Part shown: one piece after another, positions 28,841 to 42,994 of the stretch
Layout of the letters: each line of letters begins with the position of its first letter
Position numbering within the stretch: the first letter of the stretch is position 1
From: Octopus vulgaris
Taxonomy: Eukaryota
Length of the DNA stretch: 64,000 bases
Reading direction: 5' to 3'
Assembly: GCA_951406725.2 (NCBI GenBank)
Contig: OX597823.1
Location: 19,778,001 to 19,842,000, forward strand
Notes under the pieces: model-generated
What the model saw: the letters and a program-made list of their open reading frames with translations, nothing else
What the model was told of the DNA's origin: nothing
The model's database searches: none
Program-made: the position numbers and the translations under genes

Positions 28841-28856
28841 ACTGCTACTGCTACTA
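28403..28856. repeat. Compound trinucleotide array (CAC/CAT/CGT/CTT/CTG/CTA)
   Basis: Direct reading. Confidence 0.95.
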
Positions 28857-29133
28857 GTTGATGGCGATGACGGCTGCTGTTACAGTTATAGTGGAAATCC
28901 AGATCAGCTATGACCGAGCAGATCTACGATCGAATGCATTCCATCCGTGAACATCTCGTCTCCACGCTAAGAGCCCCAGGGGCGACATTATCTCACAAAT
29001 CACGTTATAACAAGGAAGAGAGTGCGATTCATTTCTAGCAGATCGAAAAGCCACATAGATGTACCCTCATAGTCACAGAATTCGTGTAGAGGCGGGTGAG
29101 AGCAGGGTTGATAATGGGGGGGGGGTGAGTTAA

Positions 29134-29560
29134 GGTAGTGGCGATGGTGGTGGTGGTGGTGTAAGTGGTGCTGTTGTTTGTGTTTTTGTTGGTGGTGGTG
29201 TTGGTGGTAATGGTAGTAATTGCGGTAGTGGTGATGGTGTTGATGATAGTGGTGGTGGTGGTATTTGTGGTGGTGTGGGTGGTAGTTGTGTTGCTGGTGT
29301 TTGTGGTAGTGGTGGTGGTGGATGTGGTTGAGGTTGTGGTGGCTGTGGTGGTCTTGGTGGTGTTGGTGATGGTGTTGGTGGTAATGATAATAGTAGCGGT
29401 AGTGGTGGTGGTGTTGGTTTTAGTGGTGGCTGTGGTATTGGAGGTGGTGGTGGTGGTGTGGGTGATAATGCGGTGGTGTTGGTATTGGTGTTGGTGTTGG
29501 AGGTGGTAGTGATAATAGTATAAGATGAGGGTAGTGGTGGTGGTGGTGGTGGTAGTGGGA
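29134..29560. repeat. Degenerate (GGT)n array
   Basis: Direct reading. Confidence 0.95.
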
Positions 29561-29673
29561 TGATGCATTTGCAGTCTCGAAAGTTGTAATAGTACACATC
29601 TTTGACACAGAAAGTAATGTCCCTGTCTGTTACGCGTTGCTTAAATTCTGTCCCCTTTCACACACACACACAC

Positions 29674-29715
<42 letters not shown>

Positions 29716-29862
29716 TTGGTGTATGTCTCTGCACACAATACATACATGTGAATGAAGAGATTGTATTTGAGTGCATGACTGTTTGCCTGTCTGTCTCTGT
29801 CTGTCCGCCTATCCGTCTGTCTGTTTCTCTGTCTGTCTCTAATATGTATATATGATACATAT

Positions 29863-29908
<46 letters not shown>

Positions 29909-29931
29909 TATATATATATATACATATATAT

Positions 29932-29976
<45 letters not shown>

Positions 29977-30079
29977 GACATATATATATATATATATACA
30001 TATATACATATATACATATATATATATATGAATATATATATATATATAATACATATATATATACACATATATATATATA

Positions 30080-30127
<48 letters not shown>

Positions 30128-30567
30128 CTCTTACTCTTTTACTCTTTTACTTGTTTCAGTCATTTGACTGTGGCCATGCTGGAGCACACCTTTTAGTCGA
30201 ACAAATCGACTCTCGGACTTATTCTTTGTAAGCCTAGTACTTATTCTATCAGTCACTTGTTCCGAACTGCTAAATTGCGGGGACGTAAACATACCAACAT
30301 CGGTTGTCAAGCGATGATGGAGAGGAAGACACACACACACACACAGACACACACATATATATATATACGCACATACATACTCTCTTATACACACACGCAC
30401 CTTTGTGTTGGGGGCACCTTCGTATTGGAAGTCATTTGACCCTGTTATCTCTCCTACTGTCCCCCTCGCGTCTGACCACTGTCCGAAGTCAGGACGCCAT
30501 GATAGATCGTTAGCTCCTACACGCATTTTTTTCTCTCCTTGTTTCTCTGCTTGTTTTTTTCTGTTCA

Positions 30568-30605
30568 TCTTCCTGTCGAAGAGCGTAGGCTCGAAACGTA
30601 AAAGA
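30568..30605 (+). ncRNA. Minimal hammerhead-like motif (CUGUCGA core variant)
   Basis: tcttc CTGTCGA A GAGC gtag GCTC GAAA CG TA aaaga; cassette homologous to 15196-15390. Confidence 0.65.
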
Positions 30606-30733
30606 CTTTTTCTATTTCTATTCCTGAGCGCTATACTAATACATTTGTTTGTTTGTACTCCACCTGCCTTCGTCTTTTGTTTATTTTCGTAAACTTTCCC
30701 GTTATATATATTTACATATATATACATATACAT

Positions 30734-30789
<56 letters not shown>

Positions 30790-30909
30790 TATATATACAA
30801 TATATATATATATATCTATATATATATATATATGTATATATGTATATATACGTTTATGAATTTGTGTTGCATCACTCCTGATGTGAAATAGTGTGTTGAA
30901 ACAGATATT

Positions 30910-31310
30910 GTAGTATTTCGGGATGGTCTTTCATTTTTCTTTCCAATTAAACACACGCACTGTACATTCGTTCTTCCCTCGCTTATTATTGTTCTCATTT
31001 TATTGTTTTAACTCGTGTCCATTATCCGGAAATCTTTTGTTACACATCTGTGACCTCTTCAACAATACTTTTCGCTTTCGTGTGTGTTCTTGCTCCACTT
31101 ACTCCATTATGTTCTAAGCAGAATGGAGTAATCGGAGCAAGGACACACACGGAAACGAAAAGTGTCGCTGAAGAGGTCACAGACGTGTGACGACAGATTT
31201 CCGGATAATAGACATGTGTTAGAATAAGAACAGTAATGAACGAGTGAAGAAAGAATATACAGTGCGTATGTTTAATTGGCAAAAAAAAATAACCCTACCG
31301 AAATACAACA
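30910..31310. repeat. ~400-bp imperfect palindrome centred near 31114, degenerate HHR motif in each arm
   Basis: Arms align as reverse complements around CCATTATGTT-CTA-AGCAGAATGG. Confidence 0.88.
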
Positions 31311-31315
31311 CTTTT

Positions 31316-31352
<37 letters not shown>

Positions 31353-31616
31353 GATAGGCTTGTCACGCAGCGGGATTGAACCCAGAACCTTGTGGTTGAG
31401 AAGAAGCTTCTTACCAAACAGCCACTCCTGCACCGTGGCAGAGTGACTTGAAGAGCGAGAGTTTCGTGTATTAGCGAACGTTAGCAAACGTTACTCTGTT
31501 ACTTCTGCCAAATATTAATAAAACATATAAATTAATATATATATGTACACACACACACATATATATATATACATACATACATACATATATATATATATAC
31601 ATACATGTATATATAC

Positions 31617-31648
<32 letters not shown>

Positions 31649-31670
31649 TCATATATGTGTGTGTATATAT

Positions 31671-31704
<34 letters not shown>

Positions 31705-31722
31705 TTATATATGTATATATAC

Positions 31723-31763
<41 letters not shown>

Positions 31764-31771
31764 TATATATA

Positions 31772-32185
31772 TAGGCGTAGAAGTGGATCTGTGGTAAGTA
31801 ACTTGCTTACGAACCACATGATTCCGGGTTCAGTGCCACTGCGTGGCACCTTCGGCAGGTGTTTTCTACTATAGCCTCGAGCTGACCAAAGCATTGTGAG
31901 TGGATTTGGTAGACGGAAACTGAAAGAAGCCCGTCGTATATATGTATATATATATATGTATGTGTGTGTATGTGTTTGCGTGTCTGTGTTTGTCCCCCAA
32001 CATCACTTGACAACCGATGCTGGTGTGTTTACGTCCCCGTAACTTAGCGGTTCGGCAAAAGAGACCGATAGAATAAGTACTGTGCTTACAAAGAATAAGT
32101 CCCGGGGTCGATTTGCTCGACTAAAGGCGGTGCCCCAGCATGGCCACATTCAAATTACTGAAACAAGTAAAAGATAAAGATAAAA
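31772..32185 (+). mobile_element. SINE family A, full length
   Basis: Similar to other copies. Confidence 0.9.
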
Positions 32186-32204
32186 AGATATGTATATATA
32201 TATA

Positions 32205-32420
32205 CTCTCTTTTTACTCTTTTACTTGTTTCAGTCATTTGACTGCGGCCATGCTGGAGCACCGCCTTTAGTCGACCATATCGACCCCGGGACTTATTCTT
32301 TGTAAGCCCAGTACTTATTCTATCAGTCTCTTTCGCCGAACCGCTAAGTTGCGGGGACGTAAACACACCAGCATCGGTTGTCAAGTGATGTTGGGGACAA
32401 ACACAGACACGCAAACACAT

Positions 32421-32455
<35 letters not shown>

Positions 32456-32598
32456 CGACGGGCTTCTTTCAGTTTCCGTCTACCAAATCCACTCACAAGG
32501 CTTTGGTCGGCCCGAGGCTATAGTAGAAGACACTTGCCCTAGGTGCCACGCAGTGGGACCGAACCCGGAACCATGTGGTTTGTAAGCAAGCTACTTAC
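32205..32598 (-). mobile_element. SINE family A, full length, tail-to-tail with the previous copy
   Basis: Similar to other copies. Confidence 0.9.
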
Positions 32599-32650
32599 CA
32601 CACACCCACTCTGCGCCTAATATATATATATGTATGTATATATATATGTA

Positions 32651-32705
<55 letters not shown>

Positions 32706-33324
32706 ATATATATATATACATAATGTGTATATGTATGCGTGTGTGTGTGTGTGTGAGCGCGCGTACAAAACTGTATATGCAGCGTTGTAGAAAAATGATG
32801 TTACGTCAGATGTTTGAAATATTTCCCGTCGTGCAACAAGACTATCCACAACTGCCGACCCCCACCAACACCACCACCACCACCACCACCACCACCACCA
32901 CCACCACCACCACCACCACCACCACCACGACCACCACCACCACCACTCACCACCACTCACACACCCGCATACCACGCCACCATCACCACCACCACCTCCA
33001 CCACCACCATCACTGCCACCACCACCACCACCACCGCCGCCGACGCTGCCGTCGCCGCCGTCGCCGATGATGTTCCAGGATAAAACAGAGAACCATATTC
33101 TGGGCGTTGCTGTGACAGAGATAAATGGGATGCTAAGGTCTTCCTGCATCCTTGTCCTCTGGCATCAACTCTTTTTCTCTCTCTTTCTCTCTCTCTCTCT
33201 CTCTTTCCCGCTCTCTCCACTCCCCCTCTCTCTCTCTGTCTCTTTCTCTTTCTCTCTCTCTCTCTCCCTCTCTCATTTACACACATTCACAACACATAAT
33301 ATTGACATACACTGACAAACGGAT

Positions 33325-33370
<46 letters not shown>

Positions 33371-33438
33371 ACACACACACCTTAACACCTTCCCACAAAA
33401 GACCTCATATTCTTATTGCGTTAATAGTTTACATACGC

Positions 33439-33551
<113 letters not shown>

Positions 33552-34224
33552 CATACACACACACACAAACACACACACACATATATATAACATACTTACA
33601 CGTGTGTGTGTGTGTGTGTGAACGCATAAATGAGCGAACTCACACACATAATATATACATAGATGCAAACATAGTTACAAGTGCATGTATGTGTGTGTGT
33701 GTGTGTGCATAAATACACACACACACACGCACGCACACACGCACACACACACACAACAGTTTGATGTCGTTTAAACCTTACCCGTGTGACAAAATGTCTG
33801 TATATTTGTGTACACACACACACTCATATATACGCACATATATATACGTACACATACACACACACATATATACACACATACACACACGTATCCACATATA
33901 CACATACACATACACACACACACGCACCCCTCTTATATATATATATCGGTCATCAGGTCTTGGAAAACTGACATCTTACTTATAGGTTATAAATTAGAGT
34001 TAATCCCTCGCTTATTATCTTTACTGTTTAAGCATCACCCTTAATGGAAGGTTTTGTATGCTAATTGTGTGGATAATCCAAGATAATCGAAGTTTTTCAA
34101 CTTCCTATATTTCATTTGTTGGGACCTTACCCGTATTTGTGTTTTGTCTGATGTGACCCCGACACAATACAATCCAATCCTGGAGTATTTCCCTCTAGCA
34201 AACACCCCCTACAACACGAGCGTC

Positions 34225-34595
34225 GCCGCCTGCACCATAACCACCACCATCACCACCACCACCACCACCGCTGCCGTTGCTGCCGCTGCCACCACCAACG
34301 CCACCACCACCACCGCCACCACCACCACCGCCACCACCACCGCAGCCGCCGCCACCGCTACCGCCGCCGCCGCCGCCGCCGCCGCCACCGCCACCGCCAC
34401 CGCCACCGCTACCGCCGTCACCTCCACCACCACCACCACCACCACCACCACCGCCACCATTTCCACTACCATCTCCACCACCACCACTTCCACCCCCACC
34501 TCCACCACCACCATTTCCACTACCATCTCCACCACCACCACCACCACTTCCACCCCCACCTCCACTCCCACCACCATTATTCCACCACCACCGCC
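34225..34595. repeat. (CAC/CGC)n trinucleotide array
   Basis: Direct reading. Confidence 0.93.
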
Positions 34596-34718
34596 GTGCA
34601 ACTCACCCCTCCTCCCCTCCCTCTTCTCTCCTACCTCCTTCTCGTCCTCCCCTCCCCCTTCTTCACCTCATCATTATAGCTTATCACTACTACCAATAGT
34701 ATCACTAGTACCAATAAT

Positions 34719-35093
34719 GAAGGCGCATGGCTCAGTGGCTAGAGCGTCGAGCTTACGATCGTGAGGTTGTGAGCTCGAATCCCGGATCGGGCTGCGTGTT
34801 GTGTTCTTGAGCAAGACACTTTATTTCACATTGCTCCAGTTCACTCAGCTGTAGAAATGAGTTGCGACGTCAAAGGTGCCAAGCTGTATCGGCCCCTTTG
34901 CCTTTCCCTTGGATAACACTGGTGGCATGGAGAGAGGAGGCCGGTATCCATGGGCGACTACTGGCCTTCCATAAACAACCTTGCCCGGACTTGTGTTTGG
35001 GAGGGAAACTTTCTAGGTGCAATCCCATGGTCAGGCATGACCGAAGAGGGTCTCAGACTACCATGGTCAGGCATGACCAAGAGGGTCTCAGAC
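34719..35093 (+). mobile_element. tRNA-derived CORE-like SINE (family D), terminal ~35-bp duplication
   Basis: A box TGGCTCAGTGG, B box AGCTCGAATCC, TGTGTTCTTGAGCAAGACACTTT CORE-like block; second copy at 53122. Confidence 0.85.
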
Positions 35094-35299
35094 CACCACC
35101 GCCGCCGCCACCACCACCACCACCACCGCCACCACCACCACCACGACCACCATTATTCGCTACCGTCATCTTAATCACAACCACCACCACCACCACCAGT
35201 CCCAGTACCACCAGTTGCGTTGGAGAATTACCCCCAATGGCATCACAGTTTTGAGTGCCACACGAAGATGGGTTTCAAAAACACAATCGTTCGATCTAC

Positions 35300-36620
35300 T
35301 AATAATGGTTTCATACTTCGACACAAGGCCAATAATTTCAGAGGACGGAGGCTAGACAACTACATCGACCCCAGTGTCCAACTGGTACTTATTCTATCGA
35401 CCCCAAAAGGGGACGAAAGGCAAAGTCAACCTCGGCGGAATTTGAACTCAGAACGTAAAGACAGATGAAATGCCGCTAAGTATTTTGTATGGCGTATTAA
35501 CTTTACTTTTCTACTTCTAGGCACAAGGCCCGAAATTTTTGGGAAGGGGGGCAGTCGATTAGAATGACCTCAGTACACAACTGGTACTTAATTTATCGAC
35601 CCCGAAAAGATGAAAGGTAAAGTCGACCTCCGGAGACACAAAGAGACGGAGAGGGACAGAGAGAGAGAGTACGCAGATGTTAACTGGCCGCCTCCAGTAG
35701 TGTTGTAAGCAAGGAACACTTCGTCGAATTATAACTAATGATTTTTCTTTGTTATTGTTGTTGTATGGACTCTGACAGTACAGATCTATGATCAAAAGCG
35801 TTCCTATCATCTCCAACTAATCTTCCTTTTCTGTAATAGTGTAAGATTCGTTTCTGCTCTAGGCACAACGCCCAAAATTTTCGGGGAAGGGACCAGTCGA
35901 TTAGATCGACCTCAGTACGCAACTAGTACTTAATTTATCGTCTCCGAAATGATGAAAGGTAAAGTCGACCTCCGCTGAATTTGAACTCAGAACGTAAAGA
36001 CAGACCAAATACATATTTCTTTACTACCCACAAGGGGCTAAACACAGAGACGACAAACAAGGACAGACAAAAGGATTAAGTATAGATGGGCTGGACACGT
36101 CGCTCGGCTCACCGATAATCGGTGGACGCACGCATTTGTCGAGTGGTACCCGCGTGAGCGGAAAAGACCACCCGGAAGACCTCCACGGTGGTGGAGTGAC
36201 GATTTCAAGAGGACGATTGGGATCACTTGGATGAGAAAGGCGCGATCCAGAGAGGAGTGGACAGCGTGCTGTGACCAGCGGTGTCAAATGGACGCCTGAC
36301 GGACTGGTCGGTCAAAGTGATCAAAGTGATACCGACCCCAGTGCGTAACTGGTACTTATTTAATCGACCCCGAAAGGATGAAAGGCAAAGTCGACCTCGG
36401 CGGAATTTGAACTCAGAACGTAACAGCAGAAGAAATACCTATTTCTTTACTACCCACAAGGGGCTAAACACAGACAGGACAAACAAGGACAGACAAACGG
36501 ATTAAGTCGATTATATCGACCCCAGTGCGTAACTGGTACTAATCTCATCGCCTTGATTATAATAATCCTCCTTTCTACTATGGGCACAAGGATTGAAATT
36601 TGTGGGGAGGGGTGTAATTC
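35300..36620 (-). mobile_element. Cluster of 4-5 family B SINE fragments with a nested RTE piece
   Basis: Repeated CGACCCCAGT..AACTGGTACTTA..TATCGACCCCGAAAGGATGAAAGGCAAAGTCGACCTC blocks. Confidence 0.85.
36078..36330 (+). pseudogene. RTE-clade LINE 3' end
   Basis: KYRWAGHVARLTDNRWTHAFVEWYPRERKRPPGRPPRWWSDDFKRTIGITWMRKARSREEW...* then a short 3' UTR with GTGATCAAA repeats. Confidence 0.92.
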
Positions 36621-36629
36621 GATCGCTGT

Positions 36630-37136
36630 GGCTTTCGTGGCTTCTGATCTTAACTGATTGGAAGTGTTATCATGTATATTGTTTTGTCTTGGTATAAGAG
36701 ATGGGCTATAGCAAATATTCTGCTCAATACCACAGATTTGCTTGTCAGTTGTTTGACCTTAACGAGTTCAGCATGTCCCTTAGTGGCTGACGATATGTGC
36801 ATCTCTGATCATGAACAGAAGTAGCGAAAGGAATTCTTAGAGGTTTGGATAATTCACCTTTGGAAACAGGGGTGGTTCGTTCAACATCCTTAAACAATCC
36901 TTATTCAGGGACCTTTTGAGCGGGTTGGGCTACTCGACCAGAAGAAAATTCTAACTGGGCCCCACCCGCAAGGTCATGCGCTGTTTATCTTGATATGAGA
37001 TCACCATGTTGTTCACATATGGTTGTGATGCATGTGTCTGGTGTACCCTTATCAGATAGGTAGTCATGATGGGTATACTGGGCGTCGTATATTTTACCCC
37101 AGTGTCACTTTGATGGTATGCACTGCTCTCACACTC

Positions 37137-37166
<30 letters not shown>
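36630..37166 (+). mobile_element. Probable non-LTR retroelement 3' region ending in an (AAT)n tail
   Basis: More GC-balanced segment ending ...GCACTGCTCTCACACTC(AAT)n; no protein motif identified. Confidence 0.45.
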
Positions 37167-37168
<2 letters not shown>

Positions 37169-38713
37169 AAAGAAGAAGAAGAAAAATGATAGTTTTAAAT
37201 GTAAATTTATAATATGGGTAGAAAATCTGTATGTTTTAAAGCTGTTCTCTGTAAATATTCTCTTTTTCACTGATTCTCAAAGAAACGTTCACATCTGTAG
37301 GACAGATGACCTCTATAACTGAACATAATTTTGTTTCTCCTTTTCTGTCACAAGCAATTATAGCAAACCTGTTACATTTGCATTTGACGGAAGTTTTGAT
37401 GGCAAAAGTTCTATCAATGTTCCATGTGTTGAAATGTATGTATTCTACCACTGCAGTATTTTCTTTCTTTTTTTTCCAGAGAAGTCTTTTCAACGCTTGG
37501 CACTGTATATTCTCTTCGTAACAACATCATGCGTGAGTTGCTAAACACATGTATTATATTTATCACATAATTATGGCATAACTAACATTTCCGGTATTAT
37601 ATTGGGGTTTTAAACCCTTCACTGTTTCTTTGCTTTATTAAGTATTTTGTGTTACATTTTAATAACTATGGAATGGCTTTCTTCTTTCTATAACCACTCA
37701 AGTATCCCAAATATATGAGCATTACAATTTGCATAGTGGGATTTCTTAGCGGAAAAAAATTCTGTTATATGTCTTAAACTTTGCTTCATGTAAAGGTGTG
37801 AATAAAGACGCAATGGCGTTGTTCACCCTGTCTTTAATCACAACTTTAGATAAACGTTTCCGTCAACAGCTAAGTATTTGGAGCACTCGTTGTGGGAAGC
37901 AACGAGACCATTATACATATAAGCTTTGAGTATGAGAAACAGCTTTCCATATTCAAATATCAAATGTGAATATGAGAAATTCCATCTCTGTAACAGCTGA
38001 AAATTTTGTAATCTAATTCCAGCCGTTTCTCAGCATTATAGATATATTTAAAATGAATCAACCTCGAAGAAATAATGAGTTACATTCACGTCTAATGCTG
38101 AGCACTTAACTACTTTAAAAAAAAAATATTTTGTAGAAAATATTTGACAATGGGTTTAACGACAGATTAAACCGAAACATAGATTGATTTCTTGGAACAT
38201 TACGTTCGAAAAAATTATAAGATAAATAATTGCTCATAATAGTTGACCAGATATTTGTAACCTTCCAATCACAGCAATTAGGGCAGCACCTCTCTTTCTC
38301 CGGAGTAATAATCTGTTGTTAAGAGTGTTTAGTCATAAAATGGTTCAAGTTTGTGTAAATTTCGTCTTAGCGATTCTTAAAACACTTCATACTTTCAGCA
38401 AAAAGATTTTCACGTGGTTTTCCATTGCACCGGAATAAATTTTGATTTAATTATAAAGAGAAGTGGTATGAACCGAAAACTTACGCCGTCTTACAGAGTT
38501 GGCACTACGGCTGGTGTCGATCTTTCAGTAGTATTGTTTTTATCAGCGTTATGAATACGCTAAAAGTACAGTTGACTATCCAATGTCCAATTACTTTCAC
38601 GCTAATTCGATAATAAAGTAATTCATTTGAGCCAGCAATAGAATACTCATTGATGAAAAAGATGGAGAGCCATTTTATAGGTGGTAAATATATTGTTAGA
38701 ATGTTTATAACTG

Positions 38714-38755
<42 letters not shown>

Positions 38756-38920
38756 GACACCGAGTCTCGAATAAACCACTGTCGGTAGACTCAGAGTTGT
38801 GAATGTAAATAAGTGTACGATGCGTGTGTCATCTAATCTCTCTCTCTTTCTTTCTCTCTCTCCTTCTCCCGCTGTCTGTCTGTCTGTCTATGTCTGTCTA
38901 TGTCTCTCTGTCTCTCTGTC

Positions 38921-39012
<92 letters not shown>

Positions 39013-39123
39013 CATACACACACACACACATTATTCGGATCGAGTCTGATTCTTACTACTCTGAGTCCCACCTGTACGTATACTGAGTTCTCAGTCAAAT
39101 AACTAAAGATCCTATCATAGGAT

Positions 39124-39162
<39 letters not shown>

Positions 39163-39599
39163 AATACAGTGTACACAAGAGGTGTCCATCATAGGATTCC
39201 TTGCACGCTAGAGAGGACAGTTAAATTCCAAAACACTATTAGAGATAAAATTTCGAAGAGAATAAAATTTCGAAGTTTAATTTATACTCGGAGTATATAG
39301 ATGGTATATACATGGAATATATAGATGGAATATAGGTAGAGTGAATAGTTAAATATATGTGGAATATGGACGGTGAATTAGCAAGGTCATTAGGATGTTG
39401 GGTAGAGCATCGTGTTCTGAGATTAAATACTGCTGAGGTCAACTTTGCCTTTCATTTCTTCGAGGTCAATAACTAAAGTATTACTCCATCACCGCCACGT
39501 GTCCTTTCTTTGTTGCTTCATGGCCATCTGTATATCTGGAAAAAAGGAAACTAGATATGAATATTTCGAATGTAGATCATTTTTGACATTATTAATAAT

Positions 39600-39835
39600 A
39601 TTTATTTCTTTATTGCCCACAAGGGGCTAAATATAGAGGGGACAAACAAGGACAGACAAAGGAATTAAGTCGATTATATCGACCCCAGTGCGTAACTGGC
39701 ACTTAATTTATCGACCCCGAAAGGATGAAAGGCAAAGTTGACCTCGGGGGAATTTGAACTCGCAACGTAACAGCAGACGAAATACGGCTACGCATTTCGC
39801 CTGGCGTGCTAACGTTTCTGCCAGCTCGCCGCCTT
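39600..39835 (-). mobile_element. SINE family B
   Basis: Reverse complement of the 63243-63447 type. Confidence 0.88.
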
Positions 39836-40426
39836 ATTAATAAGATTATGGATAACCTTACAGATTTAGGGTCAACAGTCAATATAAGTCAACAGTCATC
39901 CAGAAAAAATTGTTTACTAATCGAGCAAGCTTCAGAAGTTTTCCCATCACTTACAAAGTCTAATAACACCAAAATGTATATATAACTGTCCTTTTGCGTG
40001 CTAACAAATATCGTATCCCTAACTAATAGGTTTTGTGAAATTAATTCTTAATTTCTTGTGATTATCTCCCTTTTCTTTAACAATCGATAACAACCATTGC
40101 TTAGTTTTAACTTGTTTCTGGTGGGAGACACATTTCAATTAATTGAGAATGTTTTGCGCACGTCAATCATTACAGTTCTTTTTGCCTGTCGACTAAATAT
40201 TTTTTATGAAGTAGGTCAGCTCGATAAATTTATTTAGCATATACGCTTGTTGTGTCGCCGTAGATTAGCGGTTCGGCCAATAAGACCGATGGAATAAGTA
40301 CCAGGCTTAAAAATAATAAGTTATGGGCCCGATTCGTTTGACTAAAACTCTTCAAGGCGGTGCTCCAGCATGGCCGCACTCTAATGACTGAAGCAAGTGA
40401 AAGATAAAAGATATTTACATGTATAC

Positions 40427-40475
<49 letters not shown>

Positions 40476-40659
40476 ACACTCACAAACACACGTATGCGAT
40501 GGACTTTCGTCACTTTCCATCTACCAAATCCACGCACAAGGTTTTGGTTAACCCGACGCTATAGTAGAAGACACTTGCCCAAGGTTCCATGCAGTGGGAC
40601 TGAACCCAGAACCATGTGTTGTTGGGAAGCAAGCCTCTTACCACACATCTACACCAGCT

Positions 40660-40719
<60 letters not shown>

Positions 40720-41027
40720 TCAGTAATAATATAGGGTGAAATTAATTAATTTGGAATAATCATTAATTTCACCAAGTAGATTTCGGCCTGTAAAAGCCCC
40801 ATTCGAGGAAGGTTTAAGTAATACTAAGTAATTAAGGGTTTAGCAACGATTTGCCTCACCACACACCGAGTTTAGAAATAGCAGTCAAAGAGTTATGGCT
40901 ATTCTTTCTACTTAAAAGGGAGATCTCAGTAAAACCACAGCACTTGAAAGGCAAACGCAGGCAAAAGAGAAAGAAATGACGACAATCATTCTATATTAAG
41001 TCACCTATATTAAGTCATATATATATA

Positions 41028-42335
41028 CTAATTGAATTACCCGGTAATACTCGGAAAAGCGGGGGTTATTTCCAGTTCCCATTCTTATTACACTGTTTCA
41101 AGTCCTATCCCGTTCCTTCTCCAGTTCCCGTTTTAGTTCCGCTCGCATTCCTATCCCCAATCCTATGTCAGTATATAAATTTTAGAATCAGTTAGGTGTA
41201 ATTAAGCCATTAATATTTTATTAACATTTATGGTAATAGTTTGTTGCTAAAAATAGGTATTACAAACTATTAATACAATTAATGAGTGAATAAGGAATGT
41301 TCCTATATTATTTTAACAAACTAAATTAGTTGACCTGTAATACCGGGAAAGTGGTGGGGTTATTCCCAGTTCTCGTTTATCATTACGGATCTTTTCGGTT
41401 CGAACGGCAGTTTTTTCTAGCGGTGTCATATGAAATTGTCACCCATAATTATGACCCTAGTATCGATCTATTGCATTTCAATCTGTTTTAGGGTTAGGGT
41501 TAGTTAGGGTTAGGGTTACGGGTGGGGGGAAGGGTATATTTTTTCTTCACAAATGTAAATAAACCCAATCTGTTTCTTAAACGAGGGACATATTCATGCG
41601 GCACAGAATGTTTTTTTAACTCAATAGACGTCAGTGATTAGTTGAAATTGCAGAAATTGAAGAAAAAAACAACAACAAATATCTTACAAACTATAGAATT
41701 TTCTCAATAAAGCCAAGAGAAAAAGATGTTTTATAAACACATTCTACCAGTATACGAAATTTAAAATTTTTTAGTTACCTAGAAATTATTTTAAAAACTG
41801 GTGTTCAAACCGAAAAGATCCATCATTACAGTATTCCATGTCGTATCTCGTTTCCTCTTCAGTTCACGTCTTTATGCCCAGCCCATCCTTTATGATAATA
41901 ACTTATTGCTAAAAATAGACATTACAAACTATTAATTCGATTAGTGGGTAAAAGGAATGTTCCTATATTATTTTAACAATTAAATATGCATCTGAGTAAA
42001 GTAAATTAGATAAATAGATAGATTTATAAATACATTGACGAATAGTCCGTGTATTGTAGCTGGCGTTGTCACGTGTCGTAGCTTATCGAAGCTGATTTGT
42101 AAACATGTATTACAGCCCCACGCCCTAGGGAGCCCATTATAGAGTTTTCTTGAATTCTAATTCGCCTATAATTTAACTGGATGTTAGGGGCAAATAAATA
42201 ACAAAATCGGATTTAACGTGGGAAATTATTTCAATGTACCAAATTTGAAAATTTTGACGTAATCTTAAAATCTCGCGATATGCGACAGCAATAGGGAAGA
42301 GCCTACAAAAGCAGAGAGAAGACAGTTATAGGACG

Positions 42336-42404
<69 letters not shown>

Positions 42405-42992
42405 TTACAAACATACACAGGTAATCACGAGTTTAAAATAGTGTATAGTAGACATGTATGAATGCATCTATGTAAGTATGTACATACGTATGTATGTGTA
42501 TGTATGTACGTACATACGTATGTATGTGTATGTGTGTTAGTGTCTGTGTATGAGTGTTTCTTTGCAATGGACAGCAGAAAGGCCACCTATCCATCTCTCC
42601 TTAAAGCTACGTATTCCTCACACCCACCTTTCTGTGTGTGTGCTGTATCTATGTACTTACGAAAGTATGTATGCAATGTCGCGTATATATGACAGCTATA
42701 TCAACGTTAAGATCCCATTGCCACTGCTGATCTCGCCTTCACCGATATAAGTCACCCTTATTCTGCTACTATCTTTCCCATCGACTAATACTCTTTGAAA
42801 CCTTCTCATTTTATCATATAATTCGCCCAACGCCCCTGGTAGTTGTGGGGGCACATTATAGATTTTTATTAAAATCCACTTAGTCTATTGATAGTGTAAC
42901 ATGTATGCAAAGTTTCGTGAATATTGGTTGGCTGGTTTAGGCCCTAAGATGGTAAAAGACAGACAGAAGTAGCCATTTACTATATATATAGA
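41028..42992 (-). mobile_element. Possible non-autonomous Helitron with nested MITE
   Basis: Minus-strand 5' TCTATATATATAGTAAATGG...; 3' CCGAGTATTACCGGG hairpin then ..TTAG|T; internal sub-repeats. Confidence 0.45.
41387..41821 (+). mobile_element. MITE with 8-bp TSD (Merlin-like) and TTAGGG repeats
   Basis: Perfect TSD ATCATTAC; same TIR as the 22073 copy. Confidence 0.93.
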
Positions 42993-42994
42993 TA

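Noticed and set aside
37300-38700. Possible decayed DNA transposase
   Set aside because: Only faint motif hints with many stops
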